NCBI GenBank assembly: GCA_017511965.1
Contig: JAFWHT010000012.1
Coordinates: forward strand, 1,596 to 65,595
Direction of reading: 5' to 3'
DNA: 64,000 nucleotides
Origin: Candidatus Saccharimonadota bacterium
Lineage (GTDB): Bacteria; Patescibacteriota; Saccharimonadia; Saccharimonadales; Saccharimonadaceae
Part shown: positions 37,592-45,974 of the stretch, in pieces
How positions within the stretch are numbered: the first letter of the stretch is position 1
Layout of the letters: each line of letters starts with the position of its first letter
Position numbers and translations under genes: made by a program
The notes under the pieces: generated by a model
What the model was told of the DNA's origin: nothing
The model's database searches: none
The model's input: only the letters and a program-made list of their open reading frames with translations

Positions 37592-38255
37592 AATCTCTTA
37601 CCAGTGCGATAATACGTCCCATCACATCACAATAATATATCTCGTCAAAGGCTTCATAATCAGTATAAACTGCCAAAATCTCTTCCGACATTCCAGGATA
37701 AACCAGCGTCCCATCTTTTGCCGCTGCATCAATTTTATCTACAATGCTAGTAATTTTTTGATTGTTAAGTGCAAGTAATTGTTTTCGTTTATCTGCACTA
37801 TAATCATTTTCGATATATTCGTACAATAAGTTATATAATGTTACGGTATCAGTATAAGCAGGTAGATTTGTTTTCATACTTTCCAGTAATGTTGTAAAAT
37901 CTTCCAACACCAGTTCGTCTGTAATTTCATTTACATTCACATTATTTAAATCCGTGCTAAATTTATTCATTATTTCACCGATTTTATTTATCGAATCTTT
38001 AGTGTTTTTAAAGAAAAATTCTAATCCAAAAGCATAACTACCGTTAGCCATGTCTTCAAAAAGCCCTTGCGCCCAACCAACATCATTATAATTATTGTCC
38101 AACATTTCTGAAATCGAAATATCTACTTCTCCATCATCCTGTTCTTCCCCGCTTGTAAATATCGTCATAATACCAAAAACAAGACCGAGCACTAAAATAA
38201 TCCCAATCACCAAAAACCAAACCTTATTCTTAGTACTCACCCTATTGGTATCCAT
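37560..38255 (-). CDS. Bitopic acidic protein (231 aa), N-terminal TM anchor
   Basis: VWFLVIGIILVLGLVFGIMTIF helix followed by an acidic ectodomain. Its size and topology resemble VirB8-type components, but no motif supports this. Confidence 0.5.
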   Translation of the reverse strand: MDTNRVSTKNKVWFLVIGIILVLGLVFGIMTIFTSGEEQDDGEVDISISEMLDNNYNDVGWAQGLFEDMANGSYAFGLEFFFKNTKDSINKIGEIMNKFSTDLNNVNVNEITDELVLEDFTTLLESMKTNLPAYTDTVTLYNLLYEYIENDYSADKRKQLLALNNQKITSIVDKIDAAAKDGTLVYPGMSEEILAVYTDYEAFDEIYYCDVMGRIIALVRDFGGYDEYSEE

Positions 38256-38296
38256 ACTATTATATTACCATAAGCATCTTGTTAGGACAAGACTTT

Positions 38297-39442
38297 TTAT
38301 TTTTTATAACCTTCTAATGTGACATTTACGGCCGTTTCGCCACCATTGCGATATACGGTTAGCTGTACTGTATCACCCGGCTCGTATTCCGAAACCAAAT
38401 TCGCCAAAGATCCAGCCGCGCCAACTTTTACACCGTTTACTGCTGTTACAATATCTTTGTCGAGTAGTCCCGCTTTAGCCGCCGGACTATTTTTAATAAT
38501 TGCCGAATAAGTCGACGAACTATAAAGATATGCTCCCGACGAAACCGGTAATTCATAGGCTTTTGCGATTTCTGGAGTGATGTCTACCGAATATACGCCA
38601 AGATAAGTTCGCTCTGCCGAGCCGTTTTTGACTAACTGTTTTAACATCCCCTTTACGCTCGAAATCGGAATCGCAAAACCCATATTCTCCGCCGAAGTCG
38701 AAACCGCCGTATTAATTCCAATCACTTCTCCCGCCGCATTAACGAGCGGCCCACCGGAGTTACCAGAGTTAATCGCCGCATCAGTTTGAATCATATCGGT
38801 CAAAGTTTCTGTATTATAACCAGTACTATCTGACGCCGTTACTGAACGCCCCGTACCCGAAACAATCCCAGAAGTTACAGTATTTTGATATTCGCCCAAA
38901 GCATTACCTATCGCAATTACTTGTTGGCCGACTGTAATTGTTTTAGAGTCGCCTAAAGTCACTGCCGGCAAATCCGAAACATCTTTTATTCTTAGAAATG
39001 CCACATCGTTTAGCGGGTCCGTCGCCACTGTCTCAACTTCCTCATAAATTGTTCCGTCATCTAATACCACGTATACTTTATTTGCATCATTTATTACGTG
39101 TTTGTTGGTTAAAATATATCCGTCGCTCGTTACGATTATACCAGTCCCTGCCGCCGAAGAATCATAACTTCGTCCAAAAAAATCTGCCGATTTTACTGAC
39201 GTTACTATCGACACCACCGATTTAGATACTTTGTCTGCGATTTCTGCAATTGATCCTTCAATAAAATTTGCCGAGTTTCCATCTACCCCGCCTCCCAAAA
39301 ACGTAATCGGTGTCGAAACTTTGGTGTAAGCCATCAGCCCAAAAGTCAATCCACTCCCGCCAACTAGTATCGAAATTAAGACCAAAAACACCAAAATTCC
39401 ATTTACGTTAGTCTTTTTTTCTTCTTTCTCTTTCATTTCCAC
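38297..39442 (-). CDS. htrA: HtrA/DegP-family serine protease with PDZ domain, N-terminal TM anchor
   Basis: 381 aa. GTGIIVTSDGYILTNKHV (His), DVAFL (Asp), GNSGGPLVN (Ser) and a C-terminal PDZ-like region. Confidence 0.9.
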   Translation of the reverse strand: MEMKEKEEKKTNVNGILVFLVLISILVGGSGLTFGLMAYTKVSTPITFLGGGVDGNSANFIEGSIAEIADKVSKSVVSIVTSVKSADFFGRSYDSSAAGTGIIVTSDGYILTNKHVINDANKVYVVLDDGTIYEEVETVATDPLNDVAFLRIKDVSDLPAVTLGDSKTITVGQQVIAIGNALGEYQNTVTSGIVSGTGRSVTASDSTGYNTETLTDMIQTDAAINSGNSGGPLVNAAGEVIGINTAVSTSAENMGFAIPISSVKGMLKQLVKNGSAERTYLGVYSVDITPEIAKAYELPVSSGAYLYSSSTYSAIIKNSPAAKAGLLDKDIVTAVNGVKVGAAGSLANLVSEYEPGDTVQLTVYRNGGETAVNVTLEGYKK

Positions 39443-39448
39443 CTCCTT

Positions 39449-40249
39449 TTAGTTTAATAAAATCGTAAATCTTGGATCACTAAAGAATACCACAATCACC
39501 CCTATAAGCACCAGTCCAAAAATTACTGGTCCAGCAATATGTACAAACCTAAAATCGTCTTGGTATTTTATCATTGCTTGACGGGCATAATTATATACAA
39601 ATGCAAAAATTGTCAAAATTATCGCCAGCTGCGGCAATTTTACGCCTGACAAACCAAAATTTTCATAAGTATAAATAATCGACCAAACCGACGATAGGTA
39701 AGTCACTTCTGCAAAAATTAGTCCACAAATCAAAGTTGCTAGTGTAAAATTTTTATCGCTACCTTGCGCCAAAACATGGCGACTTGCCGCATAGCCAATC
39801 ATAAAAGATATCAGCACCAACCAAATTGAGTTTAACCCCGATGTTAGTAGTACTCCAGCTGATATTCCCAAAAACACTGCCACCAACGCTTGCACCAGGG
39901 TGGCTGTTTCTGACGATAGTGGCTTAATAAATAACAGCCATACCGGATAAAACACCATTAAAATTATATCCGAAATCAAAAATGTTGTTCCACCAGCATA
40001 CGCTAATAATACTACGCTAATTCCCACGATTATATCCACCAAGTTAGCTTTTAAATTAACAAAAAAATACCGTGATCTTACTGCAAAAATTCGCCATTTC
40101 GACACTAACACTAGCAAAATTCCAATCAGTGGGCTTCCTGACAAAACCGTCACTAGTACCGCTCCTACTCCCAACAAGATATTCAAAAACACTTGTACCA
40201 TGCTACTCGCGATGTTTCGAGATTTTCTAGCTAACACATAATCCGCCAT
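39449..40249 (-). CDS. Polytopic membrane protein (266 aa), unknown family
   Basis: About 8 hydrophobic helices. First gene of the minus-strand operon. TGgTAATAT lies 7 nt upstream of the ATG. Confidence 0.55.
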   Translation of the reverse strand: MADYVLARKSRNIASSMVQVFLNILLGVGAVLVTVLSGSPLIGILLVLVSKWRIFAVRSRYFFVNLKANLVDIIVGISVVLLAYAGGTTFLISDIILMVFYPVWLLFIKPLSSETATLVQALVAVFLGISAGVLLTSGLNSIWLVLISFMIGYAASRHVLAQGSDKNFTLATLICGLIFAEVTYLSSVWSIIYTYENFGLSGVKLPQLAIILTIFAFVYNYARQAMIKYQDDFRFVHIAGPVIFGLVLIGVIVVFFSDPRFTILLN

Positions 40250-40256
40250 ATATTAT

Positions 40257-40265
40257 ATATTACCA
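40257..40265 (-). promoter_or_regulatory. Extended -10 (TGgTAATAT) 7 nt upstream of ATG 40249
   Basis: Minus strand: aattgTGgTAATATataatatATG with no SD. An alternative TATAAT register sits only 2 nt from the ATG, so the assignment is tentative. Confidence 0.4.
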
Positions 40266-40291
40266 CAATTATTTAAAAATAAACTTAAAAA

Positions 40292-40300
40292 TGATATAAT
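40292..40300 (+). promoter_or_regulatory. Extended -10 (TGaTATAAT) 7 nt upstream of lepB ATG
   Basis: aaaaTGaTATAATaacttttATG with no SD. Confidence 0.5.
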
Positions 40301-40307
40301 AACTTTT

Positions 40308-40973
40308 ATGAAACCAACATTTTTTCAGAAACATCCGTTATTTAAAGATTTACTAAGTCTAGCTTCGTTCATCGTTGCAATTGTGCTTGGTACTTTGTTT
40401 TTGAATACTTTTATTTATCGCTCTTATAATGTTGTTGGTGGAAGTATGGAAAACACGCTTCATGAAGACGATCGCGTAATTGTTAATCGTGCCGCTGTTT
40501 CTTGGTCGCATTTTCTCGGCCAGGAATATGTGCCCGAGCGTGGTCAAATCATCGTTTTCTTAAACGAAGATGAAAATGCAAAGAAAAAATATCAAGCCGA
40601 AGGCATTGAAAACCCAATGACTTGCTCGGTTCCATCAAACATTTCCGACCAATATATTATCAAGCGCGTCATCGCTTTTCCGGGTGAACGTGTCGTCGTA
40701 AAAGACAACATAATGACAATTTACAACGAAGAACATCCCGAAGGTTTTGTCTACGACAATACTTGGCGCGACAAAAATAGTGGTCCAAAAGAGCATACTT
40801 CTGGCGAAGTCGACTTAATAGTCCCTGCCGGTGAGCTTTTTGTTTCTGGCGATAATCGTGAGGGTTCTCATTCTTGGGATTCAAGAAATGGCCTTGGTAC
40901 AATTCCGTATTGTCGCATTATCGGCCCAGTTGTTTTAAGACTCTTTCCTTTAGACAAAATTAGAACCTTCTAA
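40308..40973 (+). CDS. lepB: Signal peptidase I
   Basis: 221 aa. GGSMENTL (catalytic Ser box), IKRVIAFPGERV (Lys box) and GDNREGSHSWDSR. Confidence 0.9.
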   Translation: MKPTFFQKHPLFKDLLSLASFIVAIVLGTLFLNTFIYRSYNVVGGSMENTLHEDDRVIVNRAAVSWSHFLGQEYVPERGQIIVFLNEDENAKKKYQAEGIENPMTCSVPSNISDQYIIKRVIAFPGERVVVKDNIMTIYNEEHPEGFVYDNTWRDKNSGPKEHTSGEVDLIVPAGELFVSGDNREGSHSWDSRNGLGTIPYCRIIGPVVLRLFPLDKIRTF

Positions 40974-42088
40974 ACTTCCCCAATCAATTTAACCGAATCT
41001 GCTTCCGGAAGCTCTTCGACTGATTTTAATTTTCGCTCAATTTGGCGTGATGTTGTCGCTGCCGATTCGATTTTGTGTGCTGATTCAGTTAATTTTTTAT
41101 GCGTCGCCTCAAGCAAATCACCAAATTTCGAGAACTGAGTTTTAACTGCGCCGAGTGTTTGTAAAACTTCATGACTGCGCTCAGAAATCGCAATCGTCCG
41201 AAAGCCCGACTGTAACCCCGAAATAATCGCTGGCAAGGTCGAAGGACTAACGATATTAACGTTTAACTTCGAACGAATCTCGTCCGAAAGCCCTGGAATC
41301 CTTAAAATCTCTGCGTATAATGATTCCGTCGGTACAAACATCACCGCCATAGGCGTCGTCGCCGGCGGATCGAGATATTTGGTGCTAATTTTTTTCGCCT
41401 GCTCTTTGACGTCAACACTTAAAGCCTTTTGGTATTTTGCGATTTCTGTCTTATCTCCCGAATCATACGCCGCGATGAGCCGTGAATAATTTTCAACCGG
41501 AAACTTCGAGTCGATTGGCAGATAAACCGGAGTTTTATCCTGCCCCGGCATCTTAATCGCAAACTCAACCCGATCCGAAGAGCCTTTTTTTGTAATAATG
41601 TTTTCTTCGTATTGCCCAGGGCTTAGCATGTCAGATAGTATCGAACCGAGCTGAACCTCGCCGTAAATTCCACGCGTTTTTACCCCTTCCATCACCTTTT
41701 TCAAATCGCCAACATCATTCGTTAGCCCCTTAACCTCACCAATGCCTTCGTAAACTTGCGTCAGTTGTTGGGAAAGAGTTTTAAAACTCTCATTGAATCG
41801 TTTCTCGACGCTCGCTTTTAGCTTCTCGTCAACCGTCTCGCGCATCTCTTCTAATTTTTTCTCATTCCCATTTTGGAGCCGTTCCAAATTTTCCGAAATC
41901 TCCTTTCGATTCTCCCGGAAATTTCGATCGATCGATGGATTAATTTTTTCGACCTCGCCCTGAAGTTGGATTAATTTCTCCTCCATCGCCTTAAAATCAT
42001 TCGGCACTTCAACCTTCGGTTTTTTCAAAATCAAAATAATTAAAAGAATAATTGCCGCCCCCAGCATAACCACTAACACTATATCCAT
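40970..42088 (-). CDS. rmuC: DNA recombination protein RmuC
   Basis: 372 aa. N-terminal TM helix, long coiled coil, and a C-terminal RmuC nuclease-like region (VEFAIKMPG...YLPIDSKFP...VMFVPTESLY). Confidence 0.7.
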   Translation of the reverse strand: MDIVLVVMLGAAIILLIILILKKPKVEVPNDFKAMEEKLIQLQGEVEKINPSIDRNFRENRKEISENLERLQNGNEKKLEEMRETVDEKLKASVEKRFNESFKTLSQQLTQVYEGIGEVKGLTNDVGDLKKVMEGVKTRGIYGEVQLGSILSDMLSPGQYEENIITKKGSSDRVEFAIKMPGQDKTPVYLPIDSKFPVENYSRLIAAYDSGDKTEIAKYQKALSVDVKEQAKKISTKYLDPPATTPMAVMFVPTESLYAEILRIPGLSDEIRSKLNVNIVSPSTLPAIISGLQSGFRTIAISERSHEVLQTLGAVKTQFSKFGDLLEATHKKLTESAHKIESAATTSRQIERKLKSVEELPEADSVKLIGEV

Positions 42089-42137
42089 AAAAAAATTATA
42101 CCATATATAATATATAGTGTGGTATAATAATTCTATT

Positions 42138-42213
42138 GCCGCCTTAGCTCAGTTGGTAGAGCAACGGTTTTGTAAACCGTAGGTCGTCAGTTCAAGCCTG
42201 ACAGGCGGCTCCA
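42138..42213 (+). tRNA. tRNA-Thr (anticodon TGT), 3'-CCA encoded
   Basis: gccgcct acceptor, anticodon arm acggt-ttTGTaa-accgt, T arm tcagttcaagcctga. TGgTATAAT lies 10 nt upstream. Confidence 0.9.
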
Positions 42214-42218
42214 CGAGA

Positions 42219-42257
42219 GAAAACAAAAGAGAGCATTTATGCTCTCGCTTTGTTTTC
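42219..42257. terminator. Long imperfect hairpin between tRNA-Thr and the convergent SDR gene
   Basis: gaaaacaaaagagagcat-tt-atgctctcgctttgttttc, a stem of about 17 bp with one bulge and A/T runs on both sides. Confidence 0.6.
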
Positions 42258-42299
42258 CGAGTGGAGTAGGCTACAGCAACCCCACCATACCGCCTGAGT

Positions 42300-43121
42300 T
42301 TATTTTCGCTTCGTTCCTTTTATCGTTCCACCATCAACCAAGACATCAACCCCCGCAAGATAGCCATTTCGTTCATCAACAATCGTCGCAATCGCAAATC
42401 CAAGCTCTTTCGGCTCGCCCATTCGATTTTCGCATGAACACTTAATAAACTGCCCGCCGTTTTCTTCTTCGAGCTTACCCATCCCAGTCGCAATCAACCC
42501 CGGACTAACCGAAACAACCCTTATACCTTTTTTGCCGAGTCGAAACGCCATCTCCTCCGTATACCAAACCACAAAATTCTTCGAAATCCCATACGCCAGC
42601 CCAAGACTCTTATAACTATCCTTCATTTTCTTCGCCATCTTCAGCGTCTTTTTCAAAAACAACGCCTCATCCGTCTCGGCAAGCGGAAACGCTTTTTTCG
42701 GAATGATAAATTTCGGCAATTGATAAGCCGACATCGAAGCAACATTTAAAATTGCCGTCCCCTTTTTCATCACTTTCCCAAACTCTTGATCAACGTAAAC
42801 CGTCCCCAGCGCGTTGATTCGCATCAGCTTTTCTGGCTCGCCACCCATCGCTGGCGAAACTCCCGCCGCATTAATTACATTCGTAATTTCGCCGAGTTTC
42901 GACGCAAATTTTACGAGTTCCTTGACCGATTTTCGATCCGACGTATCGCAGGCCTTCGCGTAAGCCTTGAATCCTAGTCGCCCCAGTTCTTTGATCGCTT
43001 TTTCGAGCTTGGTTTTCGTCCGCCCAGACAAAACAATAATTTTAGTTTTGTCCATAAACTTCGCGGCCTCAAGCCCCATCCCCGAACCACCACCGGTTAT
43101 TACAACAACCTTTTTCGCCAT
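42300..43121 (-). CDS. SDR-family oxidoreductase
   Basis: MAKKVVVITGGGSGMG Rossmann motif plus an active-site Y..xK region (AYGISKNF). Start moved from 43148 to ATG 43121. Confidence 0.75.
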   Translation of the reverse strand: MAKKVVVITGGGSGMGLEAAKFMDKTKIIVLSGRTKTKLEKAIKELGRLGFKAYAKACDTSDRKSVKELVKFASKLGEITNVINAAGVSPAMGGEPEKLMRINALGTVYVDQEFGKVMKKGTAILNVASMSAYQLPKFIIPKKAFPLAETDEALFLKKTLKMAKKMKDSYKSLGLAYGISKNFVVWYTEEMAFRLGKKGIRVVSVSPGLIATGMGKLEEENGGQFIKCSCENRMGEPKELGFAIATIVDERNGYLAGVDVLVDGGTIKGTKRK

Positions 43122-43122
43122 T

Positions 43123-43668
43123 TTAATAATTTTCTGCCTTAATTTCAAAGAAACTTTGCGGATGGTTGCAAACCGGACAAACTTCTGGCGCGTCTTTTCC
43201 TACCACAATATGACCACAATTTCGGCAAATCCAAATTGCATCGCCATCTCTTGAGAAAACTTTTTTGTCTTCGATGTTCTTAAGCAACTTGCGATAGCGC
43301 TCTTCATGGGCTTTTTCGATCGCCGCCACACCGTCAAATTTTTTCGCCAATTCCTCAAACCCTTCTTCGCGCGCGACTTTAGCAAATTCATCATACATAT
43401 CTGTCCATTCATAATTTTCACCCTCAGCCGCCTCGACTAAATTATCAGTCGTAGTCGGCATCTCGCCACCATGAAGCTCTTTGTACCAAAGTTTGGCGTG
43501 TTCTTTTTCGTTGTTTGCAGTCTCTTCAAATATCGCCGCAATTTGTTCGTACCCATCTTTCTTTGCCTTCGACGCAAAAAAAGTATATTTAGTGCGTGCC
43601 TGGGCTTCGCCCGCAAACGCAATTTTTAAGTTTTCTTCAGTTTTAGTACCACTATATTTAGTTTTCAT
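43123..43668 (-). CDS. rbr: Rubrerythrin
   Basis: 181 aa. Ferritin-like diiron domain (EAQARTKY...EKEHAKLW...EGENYEW...EKAHEERY) plus a C-terminal rubredoxin CRNCG...CPVC. Confidence 0.9.
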   Translation of the reverse strand: MKTKYSGTKTEENLKIAFAGEAQARTKYTFFASKAKKDGYEQIAAIFEETANNEKEHAKLWYKELHGGEMPTTTDNLVEAAEGENYEWTDMYDEFAKVAREEGFEELAKKFDGVAAIEKAHEERYRKLLKNIEDKKVFSRDGDAIWICRNCGHIVVGKDAPEVCPVCNHPQSFFEIKAENY

Positions 43669-43686
43669 ATAATCTCCTTTCTTATA

Positions 43687-44448
43687 TTATATAGCTGTAT
43701 AACCACCATCAACTGGCAAAATCACTCCCGTTACATAACGCGATTCTTCGCTCGCTAAAAAGACCGCCGCCGCGTCGAGCTCGCCCGCCTGACCATACCT
43801 TTGCATCGGCACATGTGTCTTTGCGAATTCCTGGAACGTCGGCGTATCGAGCGCCTCAGTCGTCAACTCTGTATAGAAAAATCCCGGACAAATCGCATTA
43901 CACGTAATCCCGTCTAGCGCTAACTCCGCCGCCACTGCTCGCGTCAAATTAACCACCGCGCCTTTTGAAGCATGATATGCCGTTGTATGGATTTCGGTAT
44001 TCCCGACCAAACCATAAATCGACGCGATATTAATAATTCGCCCGTATTTTTTCTTCTTCATGATTTTTGCAAACGCTCGCGTCATCTTAAACACGCTCGT
44101 CTCATCCGTATCAATCGTAAAATCCCACTCTTCATCCGTCATGTTTAATACGTTATTATTTTTTGCCGAACCAGCGCAGTTTAGTAAAATATCAACCTTC
44201 TTAAATTCCTTCTCAACTGCTTTAGCAACCGCATCAACTTCCTCGGTTGAAGTCACATCACATTTATAAGCAACCACTTTTCCCGCGCCCGCTTTTTCTA
44301 GTTTCGGCTTAAACTCTTCAAGCCTCTCGACTCGCCTTGCTAAAATCGCAATATCCGCCCCTTGCCGAGCAAACGCTAAAGCCATTTGTTGGCCAAGCCC
44401 AGAAGATGCCCCTGAGACAACTGCCACCCTTCCTTTCAAATCAAACAT
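43687..44448 (-). CDS. SDR-family oxidoreductase (FabG/gluconate 5-dehydrogenase-like)
   Basis: 253 aa with GASSGLGQ, NCAG, and the YHASKGAV catalytic Y-x3-K. Confidence 0.8.
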   Translation of the reverse strand: MFDLKGRVAVVSGASSGLGQQMALAFARQGADIAILARRVERLEEFKPKLEKAGAGKVVAYKCDVTSTEEVDAVAKAVEKEFKKVDILLNCAGSAKNNNVLNMTDEEWDFTIDTDETSVFKMTRAFAKIMKKKKYGRIINIASIYGLVGNTEIHTTAYHASKGAVVNLTRAVAAELALDGITCNAICPGFFYTELTTEALDTPTFQEFAKTHVPMQRYGQAGELDAAAVFLASEESRYVTGVILPVDGGYTAI

Positions 44449-44492
44449 TTTCCTCCTTTCTGTAACCTTTGTCTACTAATTATACCAAACTA

Positions 44493-44501
44493 TGCTAAAA
44501 T
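44493..44501 (+). promoter_or_regulatory. Extended -10 (TGcTAAAAT) 7 nt upstream of ATG 44509
   Basis: ctaTGcTAAAATtaaaaccATG with no SD. Confidence 0.45.
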
Positions 44502-44508
44502 TAAAACC

Positions 44509-45168
44509 ATGGAAAAGAATCGTAGCAAAGAAATTATGAAATCTGGTTACCTATTTATCGCAATAAATTTTTTGCTGGCGATTTTTAATCTTCTTATCGG
44601 TTTCGTTTCTAATTCAATCGCGATTGTATCTGATGCTACGCATAGCCTAATCGATTCGATCTCTGGTTTTCTTGTCATAATAACCGAAAAAATCGCAAGC
44701 GCAAAAAAATATGCCAAAAAACGCGAAAAAATCGAACGTATGACAACGATTTTGATTGCGATTATTATTATCCTCGTTGGTGTTCATATCATCCATGAAT
44801 CAATCGAAAAAATCCTCGAACCCGAAGAAGTCGAATACTCTATCCCGGTTCTTATCGTTCTTGTAGCAAGCATCATCGCAAAGTTCTTGCTCGCAAAATA
44901 CCTAAAAGAAACCGGCCGTAAAATTAAATCAAGCGTCGTTTCCGCCTCTGGCGCCGAAACCTTAAACGATTTTTTCATCTCGGTCGCAGTTTTAATCTCC
45001 GCACTAATTTATCTAATTTGGCATGTCGATATCGAGGCTTACCTTAGTATCGCCATCGCTCTCGTGATTTTCAAAATCGGCCTCGAGTTTATCTTCCCAC
45101 ATATCTCAAAACACCACCATCACCACCTCGAACAAAACTCCGACCACGATCATTGCCACAAAAAATAA
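44509..45168 (+). CDS. Cation diffusion facilitator-type transporter (membrane domain only) with His-rich tail
   Basis: 219 aa. SNSIAIVSDATHSLIDSISGF motif, 5-6 TM segments, and a C-terminus KHHHHHLEQNSDHDHCHKK. Confidence 0.6.
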   Translation: MEKNRSKEIMKSGYLFIAINFLLAIFNLLIGFVSNSIAIVSDATHSLIDSISGFLVIITEKIASAKKYAKKREKIERMTTILIAIIIILVGVHIIHESIEKILEPEEVEYSIPVLIVLVASIIAKFLLAKYLKETGRKIKSSVVSASGAETLNDFFISVAVLISALIYLIWHVDIEAYLSIAIALVIFKIGLEFIFPHISKHHHHHLEQNSDHDHCHKK

Positions 45169-45211
45169 ACCAAAAAATAATCCCCGGCGTGTTGATGCCG
45201 GGGATGGATAC

Positions 45212-45643
45212 TTATTTGGTAGTTACAGATTTCAGAGCCTTAAGCGACTCCCGAAATTGCTTGTCAAGCGAAGGGTTGAGATTGTACTCGATTAGCGCCT
45301 CAAACATTTCGATACGCTTCTCGATGTATTTCTCTCGTTCGGACTTCGGCATGCTTTTAATCAGCATGCGATCAATCAGTCCGCACCGCTTCGCCGGGGT
45401 GCTAGTTTTTGGTGCCATTCCCTTATAGGGCCCGCAACAGATGCATTCATGCAGTCCTGCGTATATAGCATATTGCTTGTCGGCATTGTTGTCGACAATT
45501 ACGAGATTTTTCTCCGAGTCATATTTTACCAACCCATCCGTAATCTCATCGGCCGACACTCCAACCTGCTTAGCAACTTGCTCGCGAAGATTACCACGAG
45601 CGATATTATACGTCACTACCCTTCCGTTTAGTTCTACTTTCAT
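45212..45643 (-). CDS. Hypothetical protein (143 aa) with ECICCGP motif
   Basis: Driven by a near-consensus promoter and an AGGAGG SD. No family recognised. Confidence 0.55.
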   Translation of the reverse strand: MKVELNGRVVTYNIARGNLREQVAKQVGVSADEITDGLVKYDSEKNLVIVDNNADKQYAIYAGLHECICCGPYKGMAPKTSTPAKRCGLIDRMLIKSMPKSEREKYIEKRIEMFEALIEYNLNPSLDKQFRESLKALKSVTTK

Positions 45644-45686
45644 CTCTCTCCTCCTTTTTGTGAAAGTACGACACCCCTATCCCCCT

Positions 45687-45715
45687 ATTATACCACACTT
45701 CTTAAGTTTAGTCAA
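45687..45715 (-). promoter_or_regulatory. Near-consensus sigma70 promoter (TTGACT-17-TGgTATAAT)
   Basis: Minus strand: TTGACTaaacttaagaagtgTGgTATAAT, about 45 nt upstream of AGGAGG and ATG 45643. Confidence 0.7.
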
Positions 45716-45730
45716 TAGCATTTTATCGTC

Positions 45731-45753
45731 AAAAAAGAACCCTTGCGAGGTTC
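45731..45753 (-). terminator. Terminator after the tRNA-Tyr/tRNA-Thr pair
   Basis: Minus strand: gaacc-tcgcaag-ggttc followed by TTTTTT. Confidence 0.55.
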
Positions 45754-45766
45754 AACCCAAATTCTC

Positions 45767-45842
45767 TGGAGCCGCCAACCAGGTTTGAACTGGTGACCTC
45801 ATCCTTACCATGGATGCGCTCTACCAACTGAGCTATAGCGGC
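45767..45842 (-). tRNA. tRNA-Thr (anticodon GGT), 3'-CCA encoded
   Basis: gccgcta acceptor, anticodon arm catcc-atGGTaa-ggatg, T arm accagttcaaacctggt. Confidence 0.9.
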
Positions 45843-45855
45843 ACTCACTTAAAAA

Positions 45856-45941
<86 letters not shown>

Positions 45942-45974
45942 AACAATCTAATTATACCAAAAAAACCTAAAAAC

